A DNA stretch of 31,448 nucleotides from a virus (lineage: Duplodnaviria > Caudoviricetes): IMG/VR virus record IMGVR_UViG_3300030103_002403, positions 1 to 31,448 of that record; one strand, written 5' to 3'. Position 1 is the first letter of the stretch, and each line of letters begins with the position of its first letter. The translations under genes were made by a program, and so were the position numbers. The notes beneath the pieces were generated by a model. It saw nothing but the letters and a program-made list of their open reading frames with translations. It had not been told where the DNA came from and made no database searches. Positions 10,255 through 19,633 of this stretch are shown piece by piece.

Positions 10255-10956
10255 TTATCTTCTAACCCTTCTTTCCTGTCGAACTGCCTCTTCACTTGTT
10301 AATACTTTAATTATTAATTTTCTTCGTACTTCGCCAAGTCCTTTAATTTGTTTTAATGATTCGGGAAAACACATCTCTTCTATGCTACCACATTTCTCAA
10401 GTATTCTTTCCGCCATTTCACGCCCTATGCCCGGTACGGTCATTATCATGTCCAAGCGTAAGTCATTACTCCCGACCCTGCGTATGGTATGCGCTCCGTG
10501 TTTACTTGCGGGTTTGTGTAATTTATCATGTAATTTAACAATGAATTGCGCCGCCTCACTTGTATTAGTGCTAAAGAAAACTTGGCAATCAAAATCAGCC
10601 ATTACTCTAGCCATATATCCTGTAAATGTATCTTGTAATGCACCGATTGATTTATTGATACCAAATTGCTTTCTCATAAATTGAGCATGTTTAGTAATTG
10701 TACCATGTACTACAAGGAAGAATCTTTCAACATTAGCATCCATGTTGTCTAACTGTTTTTGTAAATGTCCACTAAACATTGATTGGTAAAAATCTGTTAC
10801 ACTTTTAGCCTCTACTAATGCTCCGCCTAGTTTGTAATCTCCTACAACTAATGCTTGTCTTACCACTGTTAGTCCGGCACTTTTCGCTCGTCTTTCTACT
10901 GCATCACACAATAGACCTCTTTCATTACTATCTATAATTAAATCAATCTTCGCCAT
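10255..10956 (-). CDS. ERCC4/XPF-family structure-specific nuclease with tandem HhH motifs
   Basis: Motifs IIDSNE, GDY and VEAKS..D, plus HhH motifs VPGIG and IKGLG. Start placed at ATG 10956, behind a GGTGA RBS. Confidence 0.88.
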   Translation of the reverse strand: MAKIDLIIDSNERGLLCDAVERRAKSAGLTVVRQALVVGDYKLGGALVEAKSVTDFYQSMFSGHLQKQLDNMDANVERFFLVVHGTITKHAQFMRKQFGINKSIGALQDTFTGYMARVMADFDCQVFFSTNTSEAAQFIVKLHDKLHKPASKHGAHTIRRVGSNDLRLDMIMTVPGIGREMAERILEKCGSIEEMCFPESLKQIKGLGEVRRKLIIKVLTSEEAVRQERRVRR

Positions 10957-11212
10957 TACTTTCACCTTGATTTTTATGATGACTACAATAATCATCAATG
11001 GTAATTAATCTACATTTTTTACCTGCTTTGTTTACACCTTTACAGAAAAACCGTTCCGGTAAACTATCTCTATCATTCACACAAGTATGACACAAATTAG
11101 TTTTGCTTTCTCTTCCCCTTGCAGGTGGGCGCATACCCTTACCACAATGAATACATTTCCTTGCATTTATTGTATGCTTCTTTTCAAAATACTTATCAAA
11201 TATATTACTCAT
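10943..11212 (-). CDS. Small Zn-finger protein
   Basis: CIHC...CHTC and C.G.NK.G..C.......CSHH motifs. Start placed at ATG 11212. Confidence 0.65.
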   Translation of the reverse strand: MSNIFDKYFEKKHTINARKCIHCGKGMRPPARGRESKTNLCHTCVNDRDSLPERFFCKGVNKAGKKCRLITIDDYCSHHKNQGESNGED

Positions 11213-12299
11213 TCCAATCTCCACTCCCGTCATAAAATTGACATTTTCCAATACAAAACCCTTCATCGTATAAGGTAGTACATGTAGCGTGTGGATAACC
11301 CGCCATGACTATACTCGCAACTTGATGTTCAGTTACATCTTTATTGTAGTCTACCCAATTCTGCCCTCCACAGAACTTAGATATAATCTTTACATGTCTT
11401 TCTTTATCTTCTTTTGATATTTGCCAAGCGGGAAAGAACATACGGAATCTATCTGCTAAGTAAGATGCAAGATGAAATCTCGCACGATGTGTAGGGTTTC
11501 CTCCACCCAACGCCGCTTGAGATAAACAAGGTAGTATGATTATGTCGTCTAAGAATACAGTCGGTATCTCAATAGGTTTTATATCGCTCATATTCATAAT
11601 CTTACTTTTAATTACTTTAAATGTTAATTTATTTTCTCCTAGCGGAATATAACCCGATTGACTATCCTGTGCCTTGTCCATGTAATAATCAAAATTACCG
11701 TTTAGAATATCCTCACTTGTAAGTGGTATACTCCAACATTCTCTTCTAGCATTGTAAGAGTTAGGTATGCGTATCATACCGCTTGTATCAAACGCTACGG
11801 TAGGGTCATTACATCGTAAACTACCTATTTTCTTTTCCCAAGAGTTAATCAGTACTCTTCCCGAATGTTTTATCCTTGACAACTCATTACCACTTTTGGG
11901 ACTTAGTGTTTCACTTAGCGGAATCCATACATGAAATCCACCACCACTAAACCATACAAAATGTAAGGTATTATCTTTAATTAGCATTTTATGTAATCGT
12001 TTTACTTCTGCATGAGGTTTCTCAAACTCCACATCTTCTCCACCATTCTTGAAATCTTTACAATCAAAGTCCATTACAAAATGATGTATGTTAGGAGTAT
12101 TGTAATCTACTCTATGGTGTTTAGGTGCTTTGGTTTCATTGTACCCATAAGCAGTGAAGTATACATTACCACTACCGTTCTTTCCCTTCCAATATTTTTC
12201 TAATTCATTACTGTCTTTAACCAATCTTCTCCAACCTCTTGCTCCCGAACTAGGTAGTTCAAGAACTTCACGAGGGAAGTCAATAGGCACAAAGGGCAT
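11205..12299 (-). CDS. Archaeo-eukaryotic primase, PriS catalytic domain fused to a PriL-like Fe-S C-terminal domain
   Basis: AEP motifs DFD, SGGGFH and D..GMIRIPNS. The C-terminal PC...H.AR..LA.YL...TC..L...G.C...C matches the PriL C-terminal domain pattern. Confidence 0.85.
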   Translation of the reverse strand: MPFVPIDFPREVLELPSSGARGWRRLVKDSNELEKYWKGKNGSGNVYFTAYGYNETKAPKHHRVDYNTPNIHHFVMDFDCKDFKNGGEDVEFEKPHAEVKRLHKMLIKDNTLHFVWFSGGGFHVWIPLSETLSPKSGNELSRIKHSGRVLINSWEKKIGSLRCNDPTVAFDTSGMIRIPNSYNARRECWSIPLTSEDILNGNFDYYMDKAQDSQSGYIPLGENKLTFKVIKSKIMNMSDIKPIEIPTVFLDDIIILPCLSQAALGGGNPTHRARFHLASYLADRFRMFFPAWQISKEDKERHVKIISKFCGGQNWVDYNKDVTEHQVASIVMAGYPHATCTTLYDEGFCIGKCQFYDGSGDWNE

Positions 12300-12303
12300 G
12301 TAA

Positions 12304-12603
12304 TCACCGTAAAGAAAACAATTTATCGTCAAGATGTTCTTTTATCTCACTATAAGTTTCTATTACATTACCTACTTTCAATAATGAAGGGTGTACTGAA
12401 TATGTAAGTTCGTAAGGGTGTGAAACTCTCTTTTCACCAAGTCCGAAGCCGAACTCATCTAGTGTGGTTTGTCGCATTACATTTGTCATTTCCCACTTCT
12501 TACTTCTCATGCTTTTAGAAACATGTACTCTTACGAGTATATCATCTCTATTAGCAAACTCATTCAATACTTTCTCCATTAATACTGCTACTTCTTTCAT
12601 CAT
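12304..12603 (-). CDS. Hypothetical protein with PIP-box-like motif QTTLDEF
   Basis: 99-aa ORF, tightly packed in the operon. Confidence 0.65.
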   Translation of the reverse strand: MMKEVAVLMEKVLNEFANRDDILVRVHVSKSMRSKKWEMTNVMRQTTLDEFGFGLGEKRVSHPYELTYSVHPSLLKVGNVIETYSEIKEHLDDKLFSLR

Positions 12604-12692
12604 TCTTCCTCCTGTTTCTTTTTCTTTTCTTCTTTCTTTTTACTTTCTCTAACTGTTTCTAAATAAAGTTTCATCTGTTTTCTCATATTCAT
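12600..12692 (-). CDS. 30-aa charged peptide (possible translational-coupling ORF)
   Basis: Hand translation: MNMRKQMKLYLETVRESKKKEEKKKKQEEE. TAATG overlap upstream and ATGA overlap downstream. Confidence 0.5.
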   Translation of the reverse strand: MNMRKQMKLYLETVRESKKKEEKKKKQEEE

Positions 12693-13708
12693 TATTTTTC
12701 CTCTCCTATTTTATCTAAATATTCATCTGTTATTGTCCAAAATTCACAATGGTCTTCAAAACTACACCACTTACATTTTAGGTTTTGTTCTTCCATAGGT
12801 AAACCCTCTTTGAATCTACCAAGAAAGGGCATAGCAGGGAAGTCCATTTCTATGTGTGCTTTGATAAGTTTAACTAAACTCTTTTCTACACTTCTCATAG
12901 CGTACTTCCCACCACCCTTTGCATCTTCATAATGTATTGTTGGACCATCACCACCGTTTATGCCTCCACCCGGAAACTCCCACCCCCAATGGGTTATAGG
13001 TAAAAATTCTTGATGTGGGCTATGCTCCAACATCATTTTGTAAAACGCCATTTCCTTCCTCATAGAACCCGGTTTGTTCTTGTTATACTTACCCGTCTTC
13101 AATTCCATAAGAGCAAAACCATCATCATCAGCAAAGAGTGTATCAATAAATCCGTTCATGTGTATAGGTATTTGTTCACCATCTACCTCAACAAACCTTG
13201 TTGCTTGTATGTTAGCCTCTACACCTACAGGTCGCCATTGTTCACCTTGTGTAGAAATCAATCTTGTAAACTGCCAATTCAACCATTGTTCTATTTGTTC
13301 ATCTTCACCAAACTGATACGGTTCGGGAGGTTTAGGAATAGCACTAAAGAAAATCTCTCTTGCTTGAGAATATGATTCTGCTACTAACTTTAACACTGAT
13401 TTTTCTTGTTCCTTTGTAAAATTAGCCCAAAACCATTCCATCATATCGTGAACATTCAATCCTCTAATGTGATGGTCTTCTTGTTCTCCCCTCAATCCTT
13501 TGAATTTCTCTATGTAATATTGTTGTGGACACCAACCAAATGTACCAATGCTTGACTTTGTAATTCTCAAAATACTACCGTCTTGTAGATTAGGATTCCA
13601 TGCGTATGTGCTACGCTTGTATGATTCAGCCTCCTTCTCATTACCCGTTTCTTTTAGGTAATCATCTATCTTAGGGCGACTATCATCACCATTGGGGTTA
13701 TATCTCAC
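12692..13708 (-). CDS. Cas4-like/RecB-family PD-(D/E)XK nuclease with Fe-S cysteines
   Basis: N-terminal WCP, G..VH, GFID and ELKTG, plus C-terminal CKWC.....C. Confidence 0.88.
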   Translation of the reverse strand: MRYNPNGDDSRPKIDDYLKETGNEKEAESYKRSTYAWNPNLQDGSILRITKSSIGTFGWCPQQYYIEKFKGLRGEQEDHHIRGLNVHDMMEWFWANFTKEQEKSVLKLVAESYSQAREIFFSAIPKPPEPYQFGEDEQIEQWLNWQFTRLISTQGEQWRPVGVEANIQATRFVEVDGEQIPIHMNGFIDTLFADDDGFALMELKTGKYNKNKPGSMRKEMAFYKMMLEHSPHQEFLPITHWGWEFPGGGINGGDGPTIHYEDAKGGGKYAMRSVEKSLVKLIKAHIEMDFPAMPFLGRFKEGLPMEEQNLKCKWCSFEDHCEFWTITDEYLDKIGEEK

Positions 13709-13938
13709 TCATTCAACTCCTTTAGTAAATCAACAATCTCTTGTCTGTTAGCGTACTTTTTGTAATCATGAATAAGACGCTCTACATACACTGCGGCATC
13801 CATCAGTTCTTCCTGTAAATGCGTAAGCCATTCTACAATGTTCAAGTCTGTTCTTTCCATTGAAACGCCATACTTAGCCTTACCAACTTCGGCTCTCATT
13901 AGTATCTTCTTACAAACTTCATCTTCATGTTTACTCAT
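13705..13938 (-). CDS. MazG-like all-alpha NTP pyrophosphohydrolase-type protein
   Basis: G..KYG....R.DL...EWL.HLQEELMDA.VY pattern seen in small phage NTP-PPase-like proteins. Confidence 0.6.
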   Translation of the reverse strand: MSKHEDEVCKKILMRAEVGKAKYGVSMERTDLNIVEWLTHLQEELMDAAVYVERLIHDYKKYANRQEIVDLLKELNE

Positions 13939-13947
13939 CTTATCACC

Positions 13948-14073
13948 TCAATCAATTAAATCTAAAAATAATTCAGCCTCAACTCTTTCTTCTTCTGCAC
14001 ATCTTTTACAGTGAAACTTACCTTCAAACTCCGGCCTGTGTACTAACGGCTTTTTACATATAACTCTCTTCAT
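13948..14073 (-). CDS. 41-aa Cys/His microprotein
   Basis: Hand translation: MKRVICKKPLVHRPEFEGKFHCKRCAEEERVEAELFLDLID. It has a GGTGA RBS upstream and fills the gap after polB. Confidence 0.6.
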   Translation of the reverse strand: MKRVICKKPLVHRPEFEGKFHCKRCAEEERVEAELFLDLID

Positions 14074-14078
14074 TTTAA

Positions 14079-16475
14079 TCACCAATATTTTTTAGGAATA
14101 CGCCTTTCAGTTAATTTTTCTAAATCCCAATCAAGAGTTTCATACACAAGTTTTAGTTTCTTAGTAATCCATTTTTCTACTGCCGTATTCCAATCAATAT
14201 CATATCCTCTAAGTTGAGATTCGTCTTCATAGGCTATCACATTACATGGTGGTTGCCCTTCCGGTACACCATTTATAAATACCCATTTGATTCCTTCACC
14301 CTTACCAAATGAAGTGTTAAGGTGTGTGTTAGAATACATAGCCGCTTTAGCGGTCATAGGAGTATGACTTGGTTTGTATTCGTGTAAGTGTTTAGACAAA
14401 CGCCCATACGCACTTACAGACTCTATAGGTTCATTACCCTTGTATACATTCTTTACAATCGGTCTAACTACTTCCCATACTTCTTCTTCACCCTTACCTG
14501 TAGCAATCATAGTGAATGCCGTTTTCTGTACTCGTTTACATATCGGTGTAGCATTAGACGCTTTAACTTCAAAGCCTGTGACTTTCATTTGACCTGCATC
14601 TTCTTCCGGCCATACTTTAATTCCAAAGTTTCTATTCTTTGTCGCCGCAGTAATCCAATAGTCAAAGTACGCTTCAAGTTCTACATCAAGATACTTTAGA
14701 TTCATTTCATTCTGTGCTACATCAGTAAGATACTTAGAAATCTCCTGTGCCTTGTCAAATGGTACTTTGATGTACGCTGAATCTGTATGACCTGCTAAGG
14801 GTATGAATCCCTTTTCAGCACTTTTTTCCGTAAGCATAGTGATAGATTCTCTACCTAAGTAAGTAATACATTGAGCGATAGGATAACTACTCCATTGACC
14901 CGCTACCACTTTACTTCCTGTCATACCATAAATTGCATTGACCGCAACCTTCACGGCCATTTGTAGCATATTGTACCCTAGTTTAGTATCAGCATCATCA
15001 GCCTCGTACATGAGCGACTTGTACTTCTTCCTCAAGTCTAACATGTCTTTGACTACAGAAGGCAACAACCCCATTCTGTCTTGTCGCCAATGAAATGTAC
15101 CACCCGTACCCGCTATAGCAGTGCCGTTAGCATCATACTTTGGTGGTACTTTAATTGTTAAAATATTCTCGCCTCCCGAATCTACCAATGTTGTATAACA
15201 TAAATTAGCGGAGAGTATAATGTTAGGATATAGAGAAGCAAAGTCTACCAATGCTACTCCTTCATGTCTACCCGCTACAGGAGGCATAACCCATGCGGCC
15301 TGTAGTTCGGGTCTTTGTTCTTTGTAAGACGATGGTGCTTTCAAGTCTGTACGCCTACCCATCAGTCCTCTAAAATATCTAGTCACCTTGTGAGTACTAC
15401 CGAATGAAACTCCGGCTAATTGTTGCATGGCTATGTGATATGAGATACAGTTTAGTTTCTCATCACAATCACGCAGTAGTGTAGTATCTACTAAACAGTA
15501 ATCTACAAAATCATCATAGTATTCTTTCCAACCATTGTGTACTGTCATGCCCTCTATTTCATTAGTTAGTTTACCACCAAAACCGAGTTCAGTAGCAAAC
15601 CAATCTAATTTGCGAGATTGAGCCTGTCCTCTACCGGACTTCTGCCATATACCCTCAAAACCACTACCGTCTGTCCACTGCGCCGCAGTATCAAATATCA
15701 GTCTACCCTTGATAGGTTGTGCCGTAGTTCTGTATGCTCCTGTCTTCTTGTTGGGAGCAATAACCCTGTTTACAGGAGATAACCTTTCTCTCAATGCACC
15801 TAACTGATGATAAAGATGAGGCAAGTCAGCCCAAGCAATAGCATGCGCTACTAACATATCGGGATTACATTCATCGAGATAGTCAAGGAAACCTTCGTGC
15901 ATTTTGTGTACATTAGGATATGTTCTAAGTTCATACCCTTCGTACCTATCAATCCATTCAGTCTTAGTAATAGTATCACGGATAGATTCTTCACTCCATG
16001 CGAAGACTACAGGATGCTCACTAAAGTTATCCGATACCGCCATGACTGTAGTAGTTTCATCTTCTGTACTCCACTCAAGGTCAAAGTACCATATGCGGGG
16101 TTTGAACTCCGGTATCTTATCGGGATAGTTAATGAGTAATATTTGGTCTAAGTAATTAACATCGGCTTCATAAGTCCATCTAGGACATTTATCTTTTATC
16201 TCCCATAATTTATTAGGATGGTCTACAGATACTTTAACAAGTATTTTATTATCAATACCTTTAGCCTTAATTTCACGGTGTACCGTAGCATTGTGAGCCT
16301 TTAGCCTATTCATTACCCATGTAGGTGCGGCCTCCGCTACCCAACAATGAGGTTTGACATAATCTTCATCACCTTCCATAATGTACCTCTCATGAAGCAC
16401 ACCATCAGCCCCACGAGTACGCTCATAGAGTACAGGTGGCTCATAAGGGTCATCAGTAAACCAATCAATAATCAT
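14079..16475 (-). CDS. polB: Family B DNA polymerase
   Basis: Exo motifs FDLE and YCLVD. Polymerase motifs DFASLYP, K...NAIYG, GHTDS and KNRNFG. Confidence 0.96.
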   Translation of the reverse strand: MIIDWFTDDPYEPPVLYERTRGADGVLHERYIMEGDEDYVKPHCWVAEAAPTWVMNRLKAHNATVHREIKAKGIDNKILVKVSVDHPNKLWEIKDKCPRWTYEADVNYLDQILLINYPDKIPEFKPRIWYFDLEWSTEDETTTVMAVSDNFSEHPVVFAWSEESIRDTITKTEWIDRYEGYELRTYPNVHKMHEGFLDYLDECNPDMLVAHAIAWADLPHLYHQLGALRERLSPVNRVIAPNKKTGAYRTTAQPIKGRLIFDTAAQWTDGSGFEGIWQKSGRGQAQSRKLDWFATELGFGGKLTNEIEGMTVHNGWKEYYDDFVDYCLVDTTLLRDCDEKLNCISYHIAMQQLAGVSFGSTHKVTRYFRGLMGRRTDLKAPSSYKEQRPELQAAWVMPPVAGRHEGVALVDFASLYPNIILSANLCYTTLVDSGGENILTIKVPPKYDANGTAIAGTGGTFHWRQDRMGLLPSVVKDMLDLRKKYKSLMYEADDADTKLGYNMLQMAVKVAVNAIYGMTGSKVVAGQWSSYPIAQCITYLGRESITMLTEKSAEKGFIPLAGHTDSAYIKVPFDKAQEISKYLTDVAQNEMNLKYLDVELEAYFDYWITAATKNRNFGIKVWPEEDAGQMKVTGFEVKASNATPICKRVQKTAFTMIATGKGEEEVWEVVRPIVKNVYKGNEPIESVSAYGRLSKHLHEYKPSHTPMTAKAAMYSNTHLNTSFGKGEGIKWVFINGVPEGQPPCNVIAYEDESQLRGYDIDWNTAVEKWITKKLKLVYETLDWDLEKLTERRIPKKYW

Positions 16476-17224
16476 CAGTCATCAGCCTCATCTACAATCA
16501 TGAGTAAAGTATTGGTCTGCTCAAAGATAACACAAGTACTCTTACCCATGTGCATGCGAGTATCTTCTTCATCAAGAAACTGTAGACACATCGGCATCTT
16601 TTCACTAAAGTATGATTCAACAGTAGTAGCCGGTCCGTCGCTATCCCATACAGGAAGTGTGGTAAACAAACGACCACTTGAAGCCTTACCTGCTACAATA
16701 CCCATCTCATTTTCACCACAATGTATGCGGAGTTTGAATTGTGTATCTTTAGATACAAGACTACGCATACCTGCTAATGAAGTCAAATCTTTAGTTGCTA
16801 AACTAGCGTGTGTACTAAGAGATACTTTACCGAACTTAGACCAACCGGATTCTTCACAGTCTTTCAATAGTTTTCTAATCACTACGGTCTTTGATGCTGA
16901 TTCAATATCATCAGTACTAGGTAGTTGTAGTTTGTTTCCACCACCCTCTATGTATAGTGGTTTTGTAGGTTCAGTCTGTCTAATGACTACATCATCTTGT
17001 TTACTTGACTTTAAGAATAAAAGTAATTTATCCAAGTCGGCAATATGTAATGCGCCTTCTTGGTTTACATCAGCAAGAAATTGTTTCCTTAGATAATACC
17101 ATGCGTATGCAATCTCTACGGTGAGTCTACCACCTGCACATTCTATACGCAAGTCCGGTATACCTTTCCCAAATGTTGTTAGGAAAGTTAGGAACTCTTT
17201 TCTTTTAACTGTTATTTTTGTCAT
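16475..17224 (-). CDS. PCNA-like sliding clamp (divergent)
   Basis: 249 aa (PCNA size) with a two-domain alternating alpha/beta pattern. Coupled to polB by TGATG, and an RFC gene lies nearby. Confidence 0.65.
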   Translation of the reverse strand: MTKITVKRKEFLTFLTTFGKGIPDLRIECAGGRLTVEIAYAWYYLRKQFLADVNQEGALHIADLDKLLLFLKSSKQDDVVIRQTEPTKPLYIEGGGNKLQLPSTDDIESASKTVVIRKLLKDCEESGWSKFGKVSLSTHASLATKDLTSLAGMRSLVSKDTQFKLRIHCGENEMGIVAGKASSGRLFTTLPVWDSDGPATTVESYFSEKMPMCLQFLDEEDTRMHMGKSTCVIFEQTNTLLMIVDEADD

Positions 17225-17233
17225 ATTATCACC

Positions 17234-17336
17234 TGCATTTTTAGATAGGAAAGCGGTTCATAGACTATGATAAAAACTACTATACCGTTTAAGTGTCATT
17301 TTCCGCTTATTATTTGGTAAACCTATCTCAAAAGCA
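17234..17336. other. Intergenic nested inverted repeats (possible structured RNA or origin)
   Basis: AGATAGG (17243-17249) pairs with CCTATCT (17322-17328), extendable outward with one mismatch and one bulge. AAGCGG (17251-17256) pairs with CCGCTT (17303-17308). An inner palindrome TCATAG-A-CTATGA lies at 17258-17270. Confidence 0.45.
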
Positions 17337-17347
17337 CCATTTGAGTA

Positions 17348-18307
17348 TTACAATGTACCGTCATACAGGTCGGGTAGACCGTACCATTTCGGCTCTCCAT
17401 CTGTGTAAGTAGTCATTACTGTCCTTGTTTGATTAACAAGTGAAGGATTAGTTTTACATTTAGTGTATGTAGCAGTGTAAGTAGTAGATACTAATTCATC
17501 TTCATCATCGTATTCATTGACGGCTTCCATGCGAATAAGTGTAGGTAAGTAGTTGTTAGTTTTCTTCTCCCATTCCGGTTGCCATACAACAGGCGCATCT
17601 TCCTTGTAGGAGAAGTTAGTAGCCCGTAAGTGAGTTTCCCAAAATACTCTAACACCAAGTCTAACCAAATCACGACTTAGTTTAGTGAGTTGATGAAACC
17701 GAGTATTACGGATAGCCCAATCGGACTGTCGCTCTACACGCTTTGCTTCACCTGCACCCCTGTTATCTGCCGCATCAATACCATCTTTAGCCAAACCTAA
17801 GTCAATGATACGCATGTTGTTAGTACATATCTCAAGCCATGAGTCAAGACCGCTTACAAGTACACCCCATACCGGAACGCCTCTTTCTACTTCGCTAATA
17901 ATGAACTTCATAATATCCATGACACGCTGATGTGTACCCGGATAATCGTATGCGGTTCTATCTTTTACTCCCATCTGCCACGGATTCCATGCTTTGATGT
18001 TAGGGTTATTGTAGATAGCCGAATTAAGCATACCTACACCGTTGTCAAAGTCAATAGCATGTGTTATCGCTCCTTCGGCTTTGTTAGCATCTTTTTCATA
18101 CGCATCTAAGAATACGGCTGACTTACAAGTACCATCATGACCGGAAGCACCAACAAAGAAATGAGTCTTAAAGATATGACTCATTGATTCTTGTTCTTGC
18201 CTCAAATGTGCATAAGGGTCTTTACTGTTAGTAGGTTTACTAACTACCTCTTCTACTGCTTCTTCAATCTTTTTCTGTGCTTTTACTGTCTGTCCAAATC
18301 CCGCCAT
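17348..18307 (-). CDS. AAA_24/RecA-like (Sak4-like) P-loop ATPase
   Basis: Variant Walker A GHDGTCKS, IDFDNG, VLVSGLDSW and V..ETH. Adjacent to the putative SSB. Confidence 0.65.
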   Translation of the reverse strand: MAGFGQTVKAQKKIEEAVEEVVSKPTNSKDPYAHLRQEQESMSHIFKTHFFVGASGHDGTCKSAVFLDAYEKDANKAEGAITHAIDFDNGVGMLNSAIYNNPNIKAWNPWQMGVKDRTAYDYPGTHQRVMDIMKFIISEVERGVPVWGVLVSGLDSWLEICTNNMRIIDLGLAKDGIDAADNRGAGEAKRVERQSDWAIRNTRFHQLTKLSRDLVRLGVRVFWETHLRATNFSYKEDAPVVWQPEWEKKTNNYLPTLIRMEAVNEYDDEDELVSTTYTATYTKCKTNPSLVNQTRTVMTTYTDGEPKWYGLPDLYDGTL

Positions 18308-18315
18308 GTTATCAC

Positions 18316-19632
18316 CTACTCAAATTGTCCTACTCCTGTATCTCCACCGCTTGCTCTCCTTCGGCATCTACGAGGGTGTCCATATACACCCATGACTGTA
18401 ATCTTAGGACTCATCAAACCATCACGGTCTTTCATACCTAAACGACCAAACAGAAGCACTGTTGAGTTTTCAGCATAGTCAAATGCTTGCTCTCCCCAAT
18501 GCGCCGTAAACGGTTTAGTCATCTTACCTACTGCACCCGGAATCCAACAGTCTACATCACCATTCATACTACCAAGCGACATGAAATAGTTGAACCCTTC
18601 GGGGTCATACTCACTATCTCTTGGTTCACTGTTCATACTGTTGATTGTACCTTTGGTAATGATTAGTGGACCGTATGTAATACTTCTACCATCAATGTTA
18701 GTCTTGGTCTTACGATTGTCAAACGCTTCTTCAACATCATCTAGTGCTACAAACAGTTCATGGTTCTCATCATCTGTCCAATAGTTCATCGGTTGTAGTA
18801 ATGCCCTATATTCTTCTTTTACAAACTCATCAGTGTAAGTAATTTCAAAGTTAGAGTATGTACCAAGAACTGTCTTGAAGAAATCATTTGTTTGTCCTTC
18901 TCTTGGAGGTATAACAGGAATCTTACATGGTCTACCTATGTCTAGTTCCATGTCTGCATTCTCACCTGTAAGGTCTACTTGCCATAGTCCAACGCTACCG
19001 TTCTTCACGAAGTCGCCTTCTTCACCACCCAAGAAGTATGCGTATCTACCCATTCTTGTAGATGGGGAAGGCATACCCTTACGAGTAAGTAGACATACAT
19101 ATTCGCTACCAACTTTGATACCATATGTAGGCTCTTGGTCTGCTTGTTCATCAAGAGGCGTTAAGCCTTCTTTAGTACGCACTGACCATAGGCCACCGTC
19201 TTTCTCAAATACACCTAGACGACCACTACTAATTGCATCATTAGGGTCATCTTTGTATAACTTTAGATTTGATTTTACTATGTTAGTAAGTCTATCCTTC
19301 TTTCTGTCTGCTACACCTAAGAAGCAACCAACCCATGTAGATGTACCCGATGAAGACATTTGCTCTTTTCTTGTTTGAACAAACACTTGTTCAGCCCAAT
19401 CAGTAAGCAAGTCTTCATCTTCTACTGTGTGGTCTGTACAACCATATTCTTTTCTTATGTAGTTAAGATACATAGTCTTTACTTCTTCTACATCTTTACC
19501 TGTTCTATTACTGTAAGCGACAATTCTTTTCGCTACGGCAGGGGGGAATGTAGGGCTTTTAGCCTTTTCAACCTCACTACCTGTGCTTTCACTTTCAGCA
19601 TCAATGTATTCATCTTCTTCTTTCCAACTCAT
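18316..19632 (-). CDS. Putative OB-fold ssDNA-binding (RPA-like) protein
   Basis: Position between RFC and the ATPase, beta-rich segments and an acidic/Gly tail. Start placed at ATG 19632 behind AGGTGA. Function is inferred. Confidence 0.45.
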   Translation of the reverse strand: MSWKEEDEYIDAESESTGSEVEKAKSPTFPPAVAKRIVAYSNRTGKDVEEVKTMYLNYIRKEYGCTDHTVEDEDLLTDWAEQVFVQTRKEQMSSSGTSTWVGCFLGVADRKKDRLTNIVKSNLKLYKDDPNDAISSGRLGVFEKDGGLWSVRTKEGLTPLDEQADQEPTYGIKVGSEYVCLLTRKGMPSPSTRMGRYAYFLGGEEGDFVKNGSVGLWQVDLTGENADMELDIGRPCKIPVIPPREGQTNDFFKTVLGTYSNFEITYTDEFVKEEYRALLQPMNYWTDDENHELFVALDDVEEAFDNRKTKTNIDGRSITYGPLIITKGTINSMNSEPRDSEYDPEGFNYFMSLGSMNGDVDCWIPGAVGKMTKPFTAHWGEQAFDYAENSTVLLFGRLGMKDRDGLMSPKITVMGVYGHPRRCRRRASGGDTGVGQFE

Positions 19633-19633
19633 T

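Noticed and set aside
12604-12650. Pyrimidine-rich tract as a terminator or simple repeat
   Set aside because: It is the antisense of a Lys/Glu-rich 30-codon ORF that overlaps both neighbours.
16347-17096. 249-aa plus-strand ORF and other long antisense ORFs (4043-4639, 18875-19378)
   Set aside because: They fully overlap well-supported opposite-strand genes and have no recognisable motifs, so they are shadow ORFs.
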